This document shows, piece after piece, positions 24,401 to 38,000 of a stretch of 64,000 nt of DNA (position 1 is the stretch's first letter; every line of letters begins with the position of its first letter). The DNA comes from Leptogorgia sarmentosa (Eukaryota), in contig OZ210885.1 in assembly GCA_964658305.1 (NCBI GenBank), forward strand, positions 310,001-374,000, given 5' to 3'. The notes below the pieces were generated by a model. The model had not been told where the DNA came from and searched no databases. It saw nothing but the letters and a program-made list of their open reading frames with translations. Made by a program: the position numbers and the translations under genes.

Positions 24401-27400
24401 TTTTGCAATCCGCACGCCACTTTTTGCAATCCGCACGCCACTTTTTGCAATCCGCGCGCCACTTTTTGCAATCCGCACGCCACTTTTTGCAATCCGCACG
24501 CCACTTTTTGCAATCCGCGCGCCACTTTTTGCAATCCGCACGCCACTTTTTGCAATCCGCACGCCACTTTTTGCAATCCGCACGCCACTTTTTGCAATCC
24601 GCGCGCCACTTTTTGCAATCCGCGCGCCACTTTTTGCAATCCGCACGCCACTTTTTGCAATCCGCGAATATAGAGCGCTGATTGTAAAAAGTGGAGCGCG
24701 AATGGAAAAAGTGGCGTGCGGATTGCAAAAAGTAGCGCGCGGATGGTAAAATATACAGTATGTAGTCGCGGCCCGGATGGCCCTTATCAGCCACCGTAGC
24801 TAGGACGTGAAATGAACACAAAAACATTCTGAAGTTTAGCCAATAAGGGCCAAGTAAGTTTGCCTCGTGAATTAAAACAAACTGTCCTTTTCATTAGTCA
24901 ATCAAGTTCTAGTAATTTTGCCCTCTCTAATGATTACCTACTGTATACTAATTTATATGTAACACAATATTTTCAGGTATACAACGAAACTATCCGAGAT
25001 TTACTGTCGCCTGGTAAAGCACTGGCTCTCAGAGAAGATCCACAAAAAGGTGTCTGTGTCAATAACATCACCTTACATCAGGTAACAGCCTTAATTTCCA
25101 AATTGACCTCTGCTTTCTTAGACAAAATTTAGAAAATCAATTTGCGCAGCTAAAAGAGCATCTCGAAACTTGCTTCTACCTGCTGCTTAATTTTATCTAC
25201 TACTGTAGTCCTAATCCACTACTAGTCTGATTCAGTACCGGCCCCAGACATTTTTTATATTTTATACCAAATCTGGTTATCACTTCATCACAAATTTGTT
25301 TCATATAGCCACGCAGTGCAGATGAACTATTTGGGATGTTAGAGTTTGGTAATCACAATCGAAGCCAACATCCCACAGAGGCTAACGCAACTTCTTCCAG
25401 ATCTCACGCCGTCTTTCAAGTGTTCATTAGACAGAAGAGCGCAGGATCTGGTCTCAAGGCTGATTTTCAAGTCGCAAAAATGTCGTTGATCGATCTTGCT
25501 GGCTCTGAACGTGCTACAGTCACCAAAAACCGAGGTCCTAGAATGCGAGAAGGAGCGAATATCAATAAATCATTGTTGGCTCTCGGCAACTGTATTAATG
25601 CTTTAGCTGAGAATAAGGTACGTAGCTACTGTTTTGAAAAACCAGCTTGGCAGTTGGCCATATCTGAATCGAGAAGAGGACTGGCCGGTCTAGTCGCTTG
25701 TTGACGGACAAAAATAAACAATATGCCGAATATGGCATCTGGGAAGTTTCCCTAACTTCCTAAAGTTTTTTGTACATTTTGAAATACAACAATAATAATT
25801 GATTATAGAGCCCCCCCCCCCTGCCTAAACCAAAATTTCCCTCGTTTCCAACAAAGAGCCATTAATGGTGGAGTATGAGAGTGAAAGGTCTGACTGGTTC
25901 ATTTTAGAAAAACGTTCATGTCCCATATCGTGATAGTAAGTTGACAAGAATTCTCAAAGACTCACTTGGTGGAAATTGTAGAACAGTTATGATCGCTGCC
26001 GTAAGGTATGACATTTTTCTGATTTTCGCGCGATGGCTAAACCAACAATTGATAATAAAGATTTCAGATAGAACAATCATTATGGTGGATAGGTTAGAGT
26101 TAGGGTACTGACCCCAAGTGTAAAACTCATATTTTTAATTCACACTCATCTGTTTTCTCTATAGTCCTTCTGGTCTGTCGTATGACGATACGTACAATAC
26201 ACTGAAGTATGCTGATCGAGCGAAGAGTATTAAAGCAAATCTTACGAAAAATGTTGTCAGTGTTGATGTGCATGTCGGTCAATATGCAAAACTTGTTCAA
26301 GAACTCCAAGAAGAGGTACAGTAAATAGGGTTTTTGGGCCAATGTCGAGCGGAGATTATAGGCTCTGCCTGGTTCAGGTCATTTCATGCCATTCATTCTA
26401 CTTAATGTTCACAGTAATTTAGTGCCGGTCCTTATTCGTTGACTAATAACTATAAATGTTAGCGAAAAAGATTTAAATACAAAAGTGAAATAAGCAGTGT
26501 TTTCCATATACACACGTACCCACAGCTAGTACAGGGGCCGTTTGTTTGAAAGTTGGATGGCGATTTTTTGAAGCTTTCTAAAACAAACATTGATCGATCT
26601 AATTTAGAAATTTTTCTTTTTATTAACTGCCAGGCCCATATCTACAATTTTATAGTTTTTGAACTTTTTTCTACAACGGTTGAAAAAATCCTCATTCAAT
26701 GGAACAACGAGCCCCATTATTATTGAAACCGACTGTCCGCCATCTTTGACTTTAAAACTCACAAGTTTTCCCTCGGAAAAGTCGAAAACACAATTGTATT
26801 TTGGCTGCGCTTTCCAGTGCAACTTTCTCCTTTGGAATTTGTGAAGATCCCAGAGGGTAAAACGCAAAGAGCTCCATGAGCATTAAATTCGACTTACGGT
26901 GCATGTAGTGTATTCTAAAACCTGCACGCAAGTGTTGTGATTGCAGAGGGCGGGCGCGTCTTGTTATACAGTTTGGTCGTTTGAAGGACTGAGAAGTTTT
27001 GTGTTTGTTTCGATAGGTTGGTCGTTTGAAAGAGAAACTGAATCTCACTGAAACAGGTGAAGCTACAGCAATGAAGAAGAGAAATATGGAGACACGCAAG
27101 GCAGAGGAAGCTGAAAGGTAGCTGCTTTTTCGCAAAGAATCGTGTCATATTTAAGTTTAATCCTATTGTAAACTTGGCAGTTTTCCCTGCCCTTGTAGTT
27201 CAGATTCTTGAGTTTGATACATGTAGTAGCAATGTCCAATGTGAGAATCCCTTTGAATGAAACATTTGTTTACAAATTCCGTCACACAGCATCGAAATTT
27301 GCGATACTACTTTCCCAAAAATAAATAGAACTAGGGACATGAAAAGAAGGTAAAATACATGCATATTACATTTTTTACTCGTAAACAAAAACTAATGAAC

Positions 27401-30400
27401 GAAGCTTAGTCAATTCGTAAATTGTGCACTCGCGTTGTTGGTAGCACGATTGATAATTAATCCACCTTTCATGAGTGTAGTATTTGAAAACCATTTAAAA
27501 ATTGCATTTGCCCATAATCGCCTATTCTAATCATGTCATCATTCATACTGTAGATTAAAATCTGAACTGAAGTCCGTTTACAACGAAAAAAAAGACATTA
27601 AAAAGAACATTGACGACACAGAATGTTTAGAAAAAGAAATGATGGAAAAACTACACAGAAAGGTCTGTACGTTTTGCTGTACAAGTTGGATTCATATCAG
27701 ATATACTGTATGTAGTTTTTTTTAAGACTATGAACTATTCTGGCTTGCTCTGGGTCGTGTATGTACCATAACTCATTCACGAATGTTTAGCGAATGAGGT
27801 TTTTTTGTTATTTTAGGAATTAACTTTGTACTCATGCTTAATTTATTTTTGCAGCAAAAAAATGCGGAATGGATGAAAATTTTGACCGATGACGAAACGA
27901 AAACGGGAAAGGTAATTTTAGATTATGCATGGGCACACGACAAGGTTACAAACGTTCCAGTTCGCTTTTTGACGCAAAAACAATCAATTATTACGCAAAA
28001 TACGATCAATTGCTATTGGAAATATTTTCCGTTGGGTGGTATGAACAGGGAAAGGACAAAAGTTCCTCGTATCGAGTTTTATTCTGAAAATGCGCGTTTA
28101 TATCATGAAAAGTCTTTGAATAAACATCCTGGGGCCAGTTGTTCAAAGCTTAGGTTTAGGCTGACCCTGGGTTAAAATTTTTACACATCTGTTTACGTCG
28201 AAACTCTTGTTAAAGAAAACTCTTACTGATCCAGACAAGATTTCTGAAGAGATATTTTTAAATTCACAAACAAATTGTTGAGAAATTTGCTCTGATTTTT
28301 TTTTGTTAACTCAGGGTTAAACTAACCGGCTTATGAACAGCTGACCCCTGACTTTTTTTCCCCATAACGTTTTATTCCAGGTGGAAACGAGAGTTCGAAC
28401 ATGTTTATCGGCAACAAAATCTCGCTTGAAGCATCTTAAAGAGCGAAGAGAGAAACTGAGCGTTCAAGAGAAACAGAACGAAGAGTGGCTACAGCGAACA
28501 CAAAATGAAGTCAAGATGATGGAAGGCACGAATGGATCATTTGATGTGCAATCATTTCTTAATGTTTATGAAAAATGTTTTTCAAATGAATTGCTTGCGC
28601 AAGGATTACAACAACAATGTAAATATTACAAGAAGTGTCTCCAGAATTACGAGACACAAAGAAAACGAGAAAAACGGTAAGCCAGCAAACTTTGCTGAAA
28701 AAAGCAGCAGATTTCGAGCATTTGGTAAAGAATATGCATGCAGTCGTCCTCATAAGTTGCCTTAGACATCAGGAGAGTATAAAATTAATTCACTCATCCT
28801 TGTGGGAACACACGCACGATCCGTTTATCTGTTTTCAGTTTATTTCGCAACAACCACTCAAATACTGAGAAAAATCATGTACAAGTTGTTCAAATGCCTG
28901 TTATTTGGGCAAAAAGTCACGTGATTGCAAACAAGCGATTTCTTTAGATCATCTTTATTCTCGGACGAGGAAAGCTTTGCTAGGATTACGACTGCTGGAG
29001 AAAGGCTAATCTCAATCTATCCAATTATTTTTTTTTTCTTAGCTTAATTTTATTATTTCTTTTTTCTTAGCTTAATTGATTTATTATTGAAATGTGTGCG
29101 AAAACAACATGTGGTTCTCAAGACGTCTGGCATGAACACCCCTGAAATGGACGAAGATTATGACAATATTGGTAATATTTTTGAGGATAATCGAGAGGTG
29201 GCCTGGGCCGACCAAACTATGACATCAGCTGATGCAGAAGTTGAACCGCTTGAGGTCATAAAGAATGCAGAGAATCTTTTGTCACAAATCAAAACCAGCA
29301 TGGGTAATTATGCTCTTTGTCATTGTTTTTCCCTGTGGAAAAGCTTAGAAAACATGAATTCTCAGGTAATACAAAGCTCGATCTGGATCAGCAACTATGA
29401 AATTTGGTTTTTTCTTAGTTTTTACTCGTTGTACTCTTAAGGTTAAACATGCCCAAACGTAATTTGAACGTACGTGACGATTAGCATCGTTTCCATGGAG
29501 ATCTACATGTACCTCAGTTTGTATGACGTAACTATTTGCGTCTTGAATTTTTGTCCTTTGGTAATACCAACGTTGGAGAATTGTAATTTAACGGATGGAA
29601 CTTCCTTCAGTTTTTTATATTTATTTTCTTTCTATATACGATTTCAAGTGCGATTTTTTCCTTTTGATGGATGTGAACCAACTAGTAAATTAATAAAGAA
29701 TGTCCTGAACCGCACTAGAAAGGTTGTTGTTCGCTTCTGCTTTAAACAGAATTCTTAGTTTTGATTTGAACTATTTTACAGCGACACCGAGTAGGACCCC
29801 AAGAAGAACCCCAAGGAGAACCCCAGTAAATATTGATATGACGCCAAGAAGAATTGTGAAAACGCCAACATTTAAACTTGCTTCCACATTACCGTCGCCA
29901 ATGGAGAACAAACCAACGCCTGCCATTACCATTGCCCCTGGAACTTACAACGTTGAGCAAGATCGATCTGTTAGCCGTGGCCAGTCGCTTTGCTCAGTGA
30001 GACAGAATTTAATGAATGCGTTGGATCGAGATGGGACGTCAAATGCACTCCCCAGTGGCTCAACAAAGTTTGAATTTAAAGTCCCTTCATCCATGATTTC
30101 CTCTAAATTGATGAGTACAAGCAGCAAACTGGAGACTTCATCCAACGTACAAAATGACTCTTCGTTTCTGCAGCAGGTAAAACTTTTCCAAAGTGTTTGA
30201 ATACGTAGGCAGTAGATGTTGACAGCACTGGACATGAAAGGCCGAGGGCTCGTTACCTGAACAAACTTCTCAAAATATTTTAAAATGTGAAAGCGGTGCT
30301 CATCCGGGGGAGAAGGTGCTCAAACACTGACGTATTCGGTATTTATGAATTGAAATGGGAGAGTGCTGTGCTCAACTGGAGTTTGAATCATGTCCTGCGT

Positions 30401-31757
30401 TTAAGCTAAACGGGCTACCAACAACCCTGAGGGTCAAAGTAACATACACTGTGGCAGCTCGTTCGCGTTCATTTGCTTTCAGACGCTTTGATAGGAAACA
30501 ATCAGGAAACCAACCAATTTGACCAACGTAACGATAGTACAGATAAATTCCGCAACTGTTTCTTATTTGTATTTAGGCGTCCAATTCCACTGGTAGGAAA
30601 CGTTCTCGTTTGAAAGCATCAATACCAGTAAATAGAAATGTTGGTCCTCCGCTTCGTAGTAAAAACAACAGTTCTACCGCTGGAAATCTGGATACTTCAA
30701 GGACAAAGTCCAATTCAGGTAAATCACACAAATCACTGAAACTTCGGACAACAAACAGGTGATCTCAATATACAATTTGAAGTTTGCGGTTATCCGTATG
30801 CCGTAAAGTCAATCCTTAATGTGCCTAGTATGAATTTTAAAGCTATGTAGAAAATCACCTTCCTGTACAAAAGTAACAACACCAATTTTTTTCGGATGAA
30901 ATACCAAATCGATTAGAACTCAGACATCATTTTGCTCATGGTAATGCAGCATCGATATTTTTAAACCACCATTGGGACGTGTGATGTTTTGAGACCGATG
31001 CAAGAGGGTGGTGCACTTTGTGATTTAATCTCCGGTATGTAAAACTTTTTTAGCAAGTGAAAACGGCAGAGGAATACCTAGTTATGCTTCGTTAACGAAA
31101 TCAGCTGCTCAGAAGACCAATCACGCTATAGATATGCTGCCTAAGAGGTTGGTACAATTGTAGACAGTATTTTAGACAACTTCTAAAGTGTTTACGCCAT
31201 GATGTAAACAACAGTGTGCAGATACATAGGGACAAATTTTCCTGGCTCACTGAATATGAGGTTGTAAATCACCTTGGTTTTGGCGACTAATTGTCAAATA
31301 AAATTGTTCTCTCAAGCAATTTGAAAACAACATACACGTGTGGTACAATCGTGGTTTTTTCAGAGTTTAAACTAAGTCGGACTGGTGTAATTCACTCGTC
31401 CATGCTTTTTTCCAAATTTAATTATAAAATAACATGTATATAACGCGTGCTCTGATTGGTCGAAAGCCGTGTTTGGATCAGGCCATCTCTTTACTCTAAA
31501 ATATACAAATCGCACCACACTCACTGTTTGACAAAAACTTACTAATTGCGGCGTGGTTCTCATTTATTCTTAATTATTTTTTCGAAAGGTGTCACTCCAA
31601 GGAAAATACACTTCCTCAAGCGAAGCGTCGTCGGCTCCCGCGATCAGTATCGTCCAGCAGTCTTATTTCAGATAACACGTCAAGGAAACGAGAGCAACAT
31701 AAAAAACACGTGACTGGACTCAAGCGTGCAGTCAGTGTAATTCACATGAGAAAGTAA
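21497..31757 (+). CDS. KIF18A: Kinesin-8 family motor, KIF18A-like (~933 aa, 14 exons)
   Basis: Exons 21497-22039, 24977-25081, 25309-25617, 25908-26005, 26165-26315, 27017-27117, 27554-27662, 27855-27911, 28381-28676, 29071-29303, 29782-30176, 30577-30718, 31054-31147, 31589-31757; phases are consistent. Motifs VVVRVRP, extended basic loop 2, [63 protein letters not shown]; tail [19 protein letters not shown]. Confidence 0.93.
23355..23802. mobile_element. Non-autonomous Crypton-like element in KIF18A intron 1
   Basis: Terminal hairpin (GTTTTGTTTTCC...GGGAAAACAAAAC) and AGCCAATCA end. Confidence 0.5.
23810..24243 (-). mobile_element. Internally deleted Crypton element retaining its first coding exon
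   Basis: Reverse strand [37 protein letters not shown] followed by a GT donor. This resembles the N-terminus of CryptonA/DUF3504-type tyrosine recombinases. CCAATCAG near the 5' end. Confidence 0.65.
24289..24798. mobile_element. IS3EU-like non-autonomous DNA transposon carrying a 21-bp minisatellite
   Basis: GCTAGG|TACGGTGG ... CCACCGTA|GCTAGG: TAY..RTA termini with a perfect 6-bp target duplication. Confidence 0.75.
24333..24666. repeat. 21-bp tandem repeat, ~16 copies
   Basis: CCACTTTTTGCAATCCGC(A/G)CG; inverted diverged units follow at ~24680-24745. Confidence 0.95.
28132..28347. mobile_element. Harbinger-like MITE (CWG target)
   Basis: CTG|GGGCCAGTTGTTCAAAGC ... GCTTATGAACAGCTGACCC|CTG. 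Related fragments at ~8750-8930 and ~26535-26740. Confidence 0.6.
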
Positions 31758-33414
31758 AAACAATCCTAACAATTGTAAATAAGTAGTACGATAAAACACT
31801 TAATGTAAACTCCAGTTCGAGAGAAGTACAAAATTTCAGTTTGTAAAAATGTAGCTAGAAAAATTAATATTACTGACATTTGTTTTGCCTTGAATTGATA
31901 TTTACGTCTTGGGTTTTGTGTGAATATAATCTCAAGCCGTGTGTGGTCTTACTTAACACGTCACTGGTAGTGAAGATGCTGTTTGATGTTTCATCACTTT
32001 CATGGATGTTGCCACATCACTTATACCTGGCTAAATAATGAAATTTGTTGATGAATAACCAGCTCAACAGAGTCAAGGATTTGAAAGAACGTGACAGCAT
32101 CAGAGACGAAAACCATTCGAGTTTTATTAAGCGGCTTTCTGCAGTCCAAACTTTAAGAAGCATTTTCTTTTGGGAGCATTTTCTTTTGGGTCAAAGTCAT
32201 TAGATCCACTTCACTGCTGAAGAAGCGCTACGTTTCGGAACGATTCGGCTGAAGTGGAAAACAGCATTTAGTAAGATACATACAGGGAAATAGTAATCAG
32301 TTTTGATGGGAGATTTTTTAATGAAAATATTGCTTTATAACGTAACAAGCGATGATAATCTTTTTAACCGCTTCAAACAGTGATAGCAAAACGTGAAATA
32401 TAGCTCATATCGACGTTAAAAAAACAAACGGCAGTGGTGACAAAATGATAGTCACGTGATTGCACCTGAACTTTTCATGTGCCTATTGCAAATGAGCTTA
32501 AAAATTGTAGGTTCGACACTTGCAAATTTGACGTCTGAACTGGGCCCAACAGAATCAACAATGTTGAAATTTAATCGATAAACTTGACTCGCATCATGAA
32601 GCCCCCACCCCACCCCCGCACATACGCCTCGTTGACAAGATGAGTCAGATGACCTGTGCCGGCTGCGGATGTGCGTTATCGGCGTTATGCTACAGTCTGC
32701 TTGTCGTGTTGAAGCATACTTAAATGATAAAATAAATTGCGAGAACTCAATTGAAGTTTACCAAACGACACCATTTGGATGTAAAGATTAACAGGTAAAG
32801 ATTTTTATCTTATCAAGATAAACCTCGTTTAGCACAAAACTGAGTTAACGTATGTGTGAGTGGAGACCTCGGCTTCGTGCATATCCAGTGTAACATAGGC
32901 TTGTTGTGACTAATCAATTTAATTTGAAGATGCATGGCGCAGGCGATACGGTGATACTCAAAGCCTCATGATCAATAGCTGTCAGCTGTCTGTAGCGCGT
33001 AGACCATCTCCATGAATAACAGTTATCAACTCACAATCGACAGTATGTTAGAACAAACAAATTTGTATTAATTAAACTTGACAATCAAACGACTGTGAAT
33101 CTCAAAGTCGCTGCAACATAACGAATATTCAGATCATCATACATGAAATTACACAACTCACAACAAGGCAACAGATGGGAATTGCCGACATTCAAAAAAG
33201 TAATGTTGTCAACTTTATAAAACAGTTCGGATGATATCAGATGCAAACTGTTATAACCACAGCCGTATTTATGTAATGTAATCCTATATGCTCATATGTC
33301 TTTACCACTCCTACGAATTCCTGAAATAAATATACGTATATAGTGTACTTTATGACTTATATTTAGAATGTATAATCAAAGCTTCACTATCTCACTATAA
33401 ATCATATCAACTAA

Positions 33415-34431
33415 GGGGCGCGGGTACCCGAGCTAGCCCGCTTAGACGAGCTGATTTCATCTCGTGCTTACATGAGACTTTCGAGGCGGGCTGGCTCGCC
33501 AAAACAAACTACTGGTCTCATTGTTATAACTCCTGTGGAGTAGTACAGTGCTTCCATTTTCTAAATCAAAATTTCCTGTTTTTGGCATCAAAATTTCCTT
33601 AAATTCCTCAGATAGTATTCGTAATTTCCTTGAAATTTCCTTGAAGTTCCATCGGGAAGTTTTGCGGTGATTTCGTACCAATGCAAACAATTTAATACAA
33701 TTTAACCCAATGCAAAATAACAAATTTTGCAAACTCGATACATACCATGCCAAAAAAATGACAACAACTTAGAAGTTAACAACCTCGTCACATCAGTCAC
33801 ATGATTTGATGATTTGATTACTGCAGTTTTCGAAACATCTCATTAAACATTATTTGCAGCGTAAATAATGTTTGGCGAATTGGCGCCAAATTACTAAATC
33901 CCATCGTTCAAAAACGTTCGCAAATTTTCGGAAACCGAGGAAAATCTAATATGAAAACATATTTTTAGTTAACCACAATTGATAAATAGCTTAAAAATTA
34001 AAAGCAATAGTACGCTTTTTCTACACAAATGCACTTAAATAGATGATTTAAACTTTTCGGGAAAAATCCTTAGATTTCCTTAGATTTTTTCACTTCCTTA
34101 GAATTTCGTTTCGGACTGTAGAATTTCCTTAGAAAAGGAAATTTCCTTGAAAATGGAAGCACTGGAGTAGTAAGAGTACAGACAACATGCGAGCCAGCGA
34201 GTCATGCGAGTCAGCGAAGCGAGTCGTCCGAGTCATGTGAATTTACCCGCCATTTCACACATTATTTAAGGATTACAGCACTCTTTGAGTGCATTATCGG
34301 CATTTCAAGCACGAATTCGCGAACAAGAAACAAGAAATTTAACTGAATAATAATTTCCTCCTTGATAAATATCCTCGGGGATTATATTGTGACATTAGAT
34401 CTCGCTGAAGCTCGCCTCCATATAACACCCT
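33415..34431. mobile_element. Old Harbinger-like MITE interrupted by a younger hAT MITE
   Basis: Left end TAAGGGGCGCG..GAGCTAGCCCGC; right end GCTCGCCTCCATATAACACCC; both degenerate. Confidence 0.45.
33546..34164. mobile_element. hAT-type MITE, 619 bp
   Basis: GAGTAGTA|CAGTGCTTCCATTTTC ... GAAAATGGAAGCACTG|GAGTAGTA: 16-bp TIR and perfect 8-bp TSD. Confidence 0.9.
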
Positions 34432-35065
34432 TTGTGGATTTGTTACCGCCAGCAAAACGCCTTTGATACAAATTTTGATACTTTGGCAGATTTAATGTCT
34501 AGACGGCAGATTTTAGATAACAGCATGCGGTGTTTGTCGGTGCAAATTAACTATTTTTAGAATTTAGATCACTTTATCCATCTGAGGACTTATCAATTAT
34601 TGGCCTTCGGCATCGGCAAATAATTGATCTGTTCGCGCCTGACAAATCGATATCACGACATTTTGCGTGTTCAATAATTGTTTTATTACTTACTTCCAAC
34701 GGGGCAATGTGATTGGCTAAAAATCATGGATACCGGACCGCAAAAAATAGACACGTTTATTATACACCAACCGTCAAAGTTTCCCTTTTCTCCTGTTTCA
34801 TTGGACCATGTCGTATCACGTGAGTGACGAAAAAAGTCACGCGCGCCATCACGGGAAGACGCGATCTCTGGAGCTTTTTTCGTTCACCTGTTCCGCTTTA
34901 TTTTGGTCGTTTATTTGACTCTTGGTACTTTTCATCCTGGAAAATATCAACGGTCGCAGGTTCGCAAGATATACTGTCTCCCTCGCGCTCAATCAAAAAG
35001 TGCATGTATGTTGAAAAATAATTTGCTTTTTATTGATTGATTGTCTATTTATTTTTCAGGTGATA

Positions 35066-38000
35066 ATGGCAAGTAACTCATCATCCTCATTGCTTCACAA
35101 CTCAGACGAGACAACCAATGGCACTAAGTTGATGAGGCTGATTGTGGATGGAGGAACAGAAGCATTGAGGAACGTCTTTCGAAGAATTCACTCAGGAAAT
35201 TTACAGGTTGTATTTACCAATAATCATGGCATTCTCTTGAACCTCAAACGTGGACGTAAAATCCGTCAGAATCAGTGGGATAAATTGTTCCCAGTTTCTC
35301 CCTCCGTGCCAAATATTAACGATTTTGATGTAACGTTATTATCTGTTCTTTTAAGAAGCATCTGTAATTTATCATCACCACCTTCAGGTTGGGACACAAT
35401 GCCAATTGTGTCAGATACTTCCACTGTAGCAGACATAATTCGCATTAAGCTGTTTCGTAATGAACGTTTTGGTCACATTCCTAATACAGCTGTAAGTGAG
35501 GCAGATTTTAAGAAGTTCTGGGCAGAAATAAGTCCACCATTAGTTCGGTTGGGAATAGATCAGAAGGAGATAGATAGATTAGAAAATGAAGAATGTGGGG
35601 AAGAGGAAAAGAGGCGCGTTTTGAAAGAATGGAATGAATGTGATAGCAAAATTCTCACTGCTGTGCAATGTATGCATGACGATGTGAAACTACTTTTAGA
35701 AAAAGACGAGAAACCTGGATCAAACGACGCCATTTTAAACAAAAATCTTGTTTTGTTCGATTTTGAAAGAGATATCGAATTATATTGCAAAAAATATACC
35801 AAAGGTACTCGAGAATGGGTCTTTGAGCAAGTGTTGAGGTGGTTTAATGATGAAACGTCACAAAGCCGCGCATTTGTGATTTCTGGCGTTGCTGGTATGG
35901 GTAAATCCATCATTGCTGCAGTTATGTGTGAACGCTTTGCTAAGCACATTGGTGCATGTCATTTCTTCCAGCATAATAACAGTCGATATAATAATCCCAA
36001 TTTCTTTCTCCAGGCTGTAGCTCGACAATTATGTACAGTTTTACTTGAATACAAAGATGCTCTTATCCGCAAGCTTTCGGGAGAACTTGGGCAATCGTTG
36101 AGTGAAATGAATATTGAAGGATTGTTTTCCACACTTTTTAAGGAACCATTTTCAGGTATTGCCAATCCTCAAAAGCGTGTCTTGATTGTGCTGGATGCTG
36201 TTGACGAAAGTGAATACCACGGAAGGCATGAACTCGCTAATTTGATTTCCAGTCACTTACATAAACTTCCTCCTTGTATTCGTTTTGTAATAACGACAAG
36301 GCCAGAAAGAAACATTCTTGATAGGCTTAAAAAACTTAACCCATTGTTTATTAAAGCTGACGATGAACGGAATCTGAATGATGTCAAACTGGTCTTACAA
36401 GAGAGAACTTCAAGCATTAATCACAATGCTCGCGAAGCTTTTATAAACTGTTTAGCTAAACGGTCCGACGGTCTGATGCTTTTTGCATATTGTCTTTCCG
36501 AAATGTTCACGGTCGAATCGGCTATCCCTAGTGTAGACAGCTTGCCAAAAGGTGTTGAAGAATATTATGAGAACTGTTTCCAAAGATTGGAGCAAGAACT
36601 AAAACACTTGAAAATTTCCGAAGATAAATTCTTATCCTTTTTAAGTGCCCTTGCTGTTGCCTACGAACCGTTGCCAGAAGCGTTCGTTGCAACTCTGTTT
36701 GGCTTTGAGAATTTTCCAACGAGTAGACGAAATGTAAGAAAAGCAATAGATGTTCTTTCATCTCTATTGGTGATCAAAGAAGACAAATCCGTTACCTTTT
36801 TTCATAAATCAGTAGGAGATTGGCTTCTTAATAATGAAGAGCATAATTATTCTGTTGATCCACAATATGGCAATAAAATTCTTTTCGACTTATGTGTGAA
36901 AACATTGGATGAAATGAAGGAACATGGTGTTAATGGTGAATTTCTTGCCAAGGCGACAGTCAAGTATGCCTTGAAATTCTACATACCACATATGCTTAGC
37001 GGATTAAAAGATACAAGAAAACTTGAGGACTCTTCAGGTTGCTACTTTGTCGATTTAGAAGTTGTGTTTGCCTGTGTTTGTGTGGACGTAGATCTTACTC
37101 TACTCAACATGACTAGCTTGTTGAATCATGAGATTTACAATCATGTTTCGGAAAACACGAAAACGACATTAAGCCGGCTGTTTTTCTTAATTAGGAAGTT
37201 TAGCTTCTTCTTCGCAGATCATCCCCAAACGTTCTTACAAAATGTTGTAAACGAAGGTGGAGAAGAGCTTTCTGTTAAGGCTTTAACTTTGCTTGAAAAA
37301 CGTTACAAAGATACTTTCTATCTAGAGTTAGTCAACAAAGATATCAAAAATGAAGCGCCAAAAGCCAGTTTCTTTCTTACTGGCACAATATCAGGTATCG
37401 ACGTATCTCTTCAGCATCATTACGTTGTCTGTAGTTATGAACAGGGTGGGATTGAGCTCTTTTCATTAAAAACTGGTGAGTCAGTGTGGAAACGAGATTT
37501 CTGCATAACCCTTGATGACTGTCCCCATTCTACACGTATGTTGCCCCACTGTATTGTTTTTCATCCTTTTGAAAAAATTATACTTCCTGGAAGACTTGAC
37601 AATGTGCTGACTTTCCAGGGAAGCTTCACAAAAGGAGTATTTCAATCTGATAAAGATAGTTCCGTTTTTATGAACTGTTGTTTTTCTCAAGATGGTAGCA
37701 AAATGGTAACATATGACGGTAACGCTAATAATTTGATTGTGTGGAACGTTTTTAACGGCGCCAAGGAAACTTGTTTTCCATGCAAAACGCTTTATTCCCT
37801 TTCTTTTACGGCGAGTGGCAAATTTCTAGGCACCACTGATACTCAAAACGTCTTCACTGTTTACGATGTAACAAATGGGTACAGCGTTGATTCAATAAAA
37901 ATTGACACTACCTTCCCAGTCGAAATTGTTTCTACCTTTGAGCAAGACTCGTGGTTCTGTTCCCTTGGTCCAATGTTTCAACGGGTTAACCATGATTTCT

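Noticed and set aside
24237..24827. ORFs with (WRADCKK)n and related repeats; superficially CRISPR-like or repeat-protein-like
   Set aside because: Pure 21-bp tandem repeat with no unique spacers, open in five frames, inside a transposon in an intron.
32205..32260. Hairpin containing CTGAAGA downstream of KIF18A
   Set aside because: No correctly placed GAAA/UH, so not a hammerhead.
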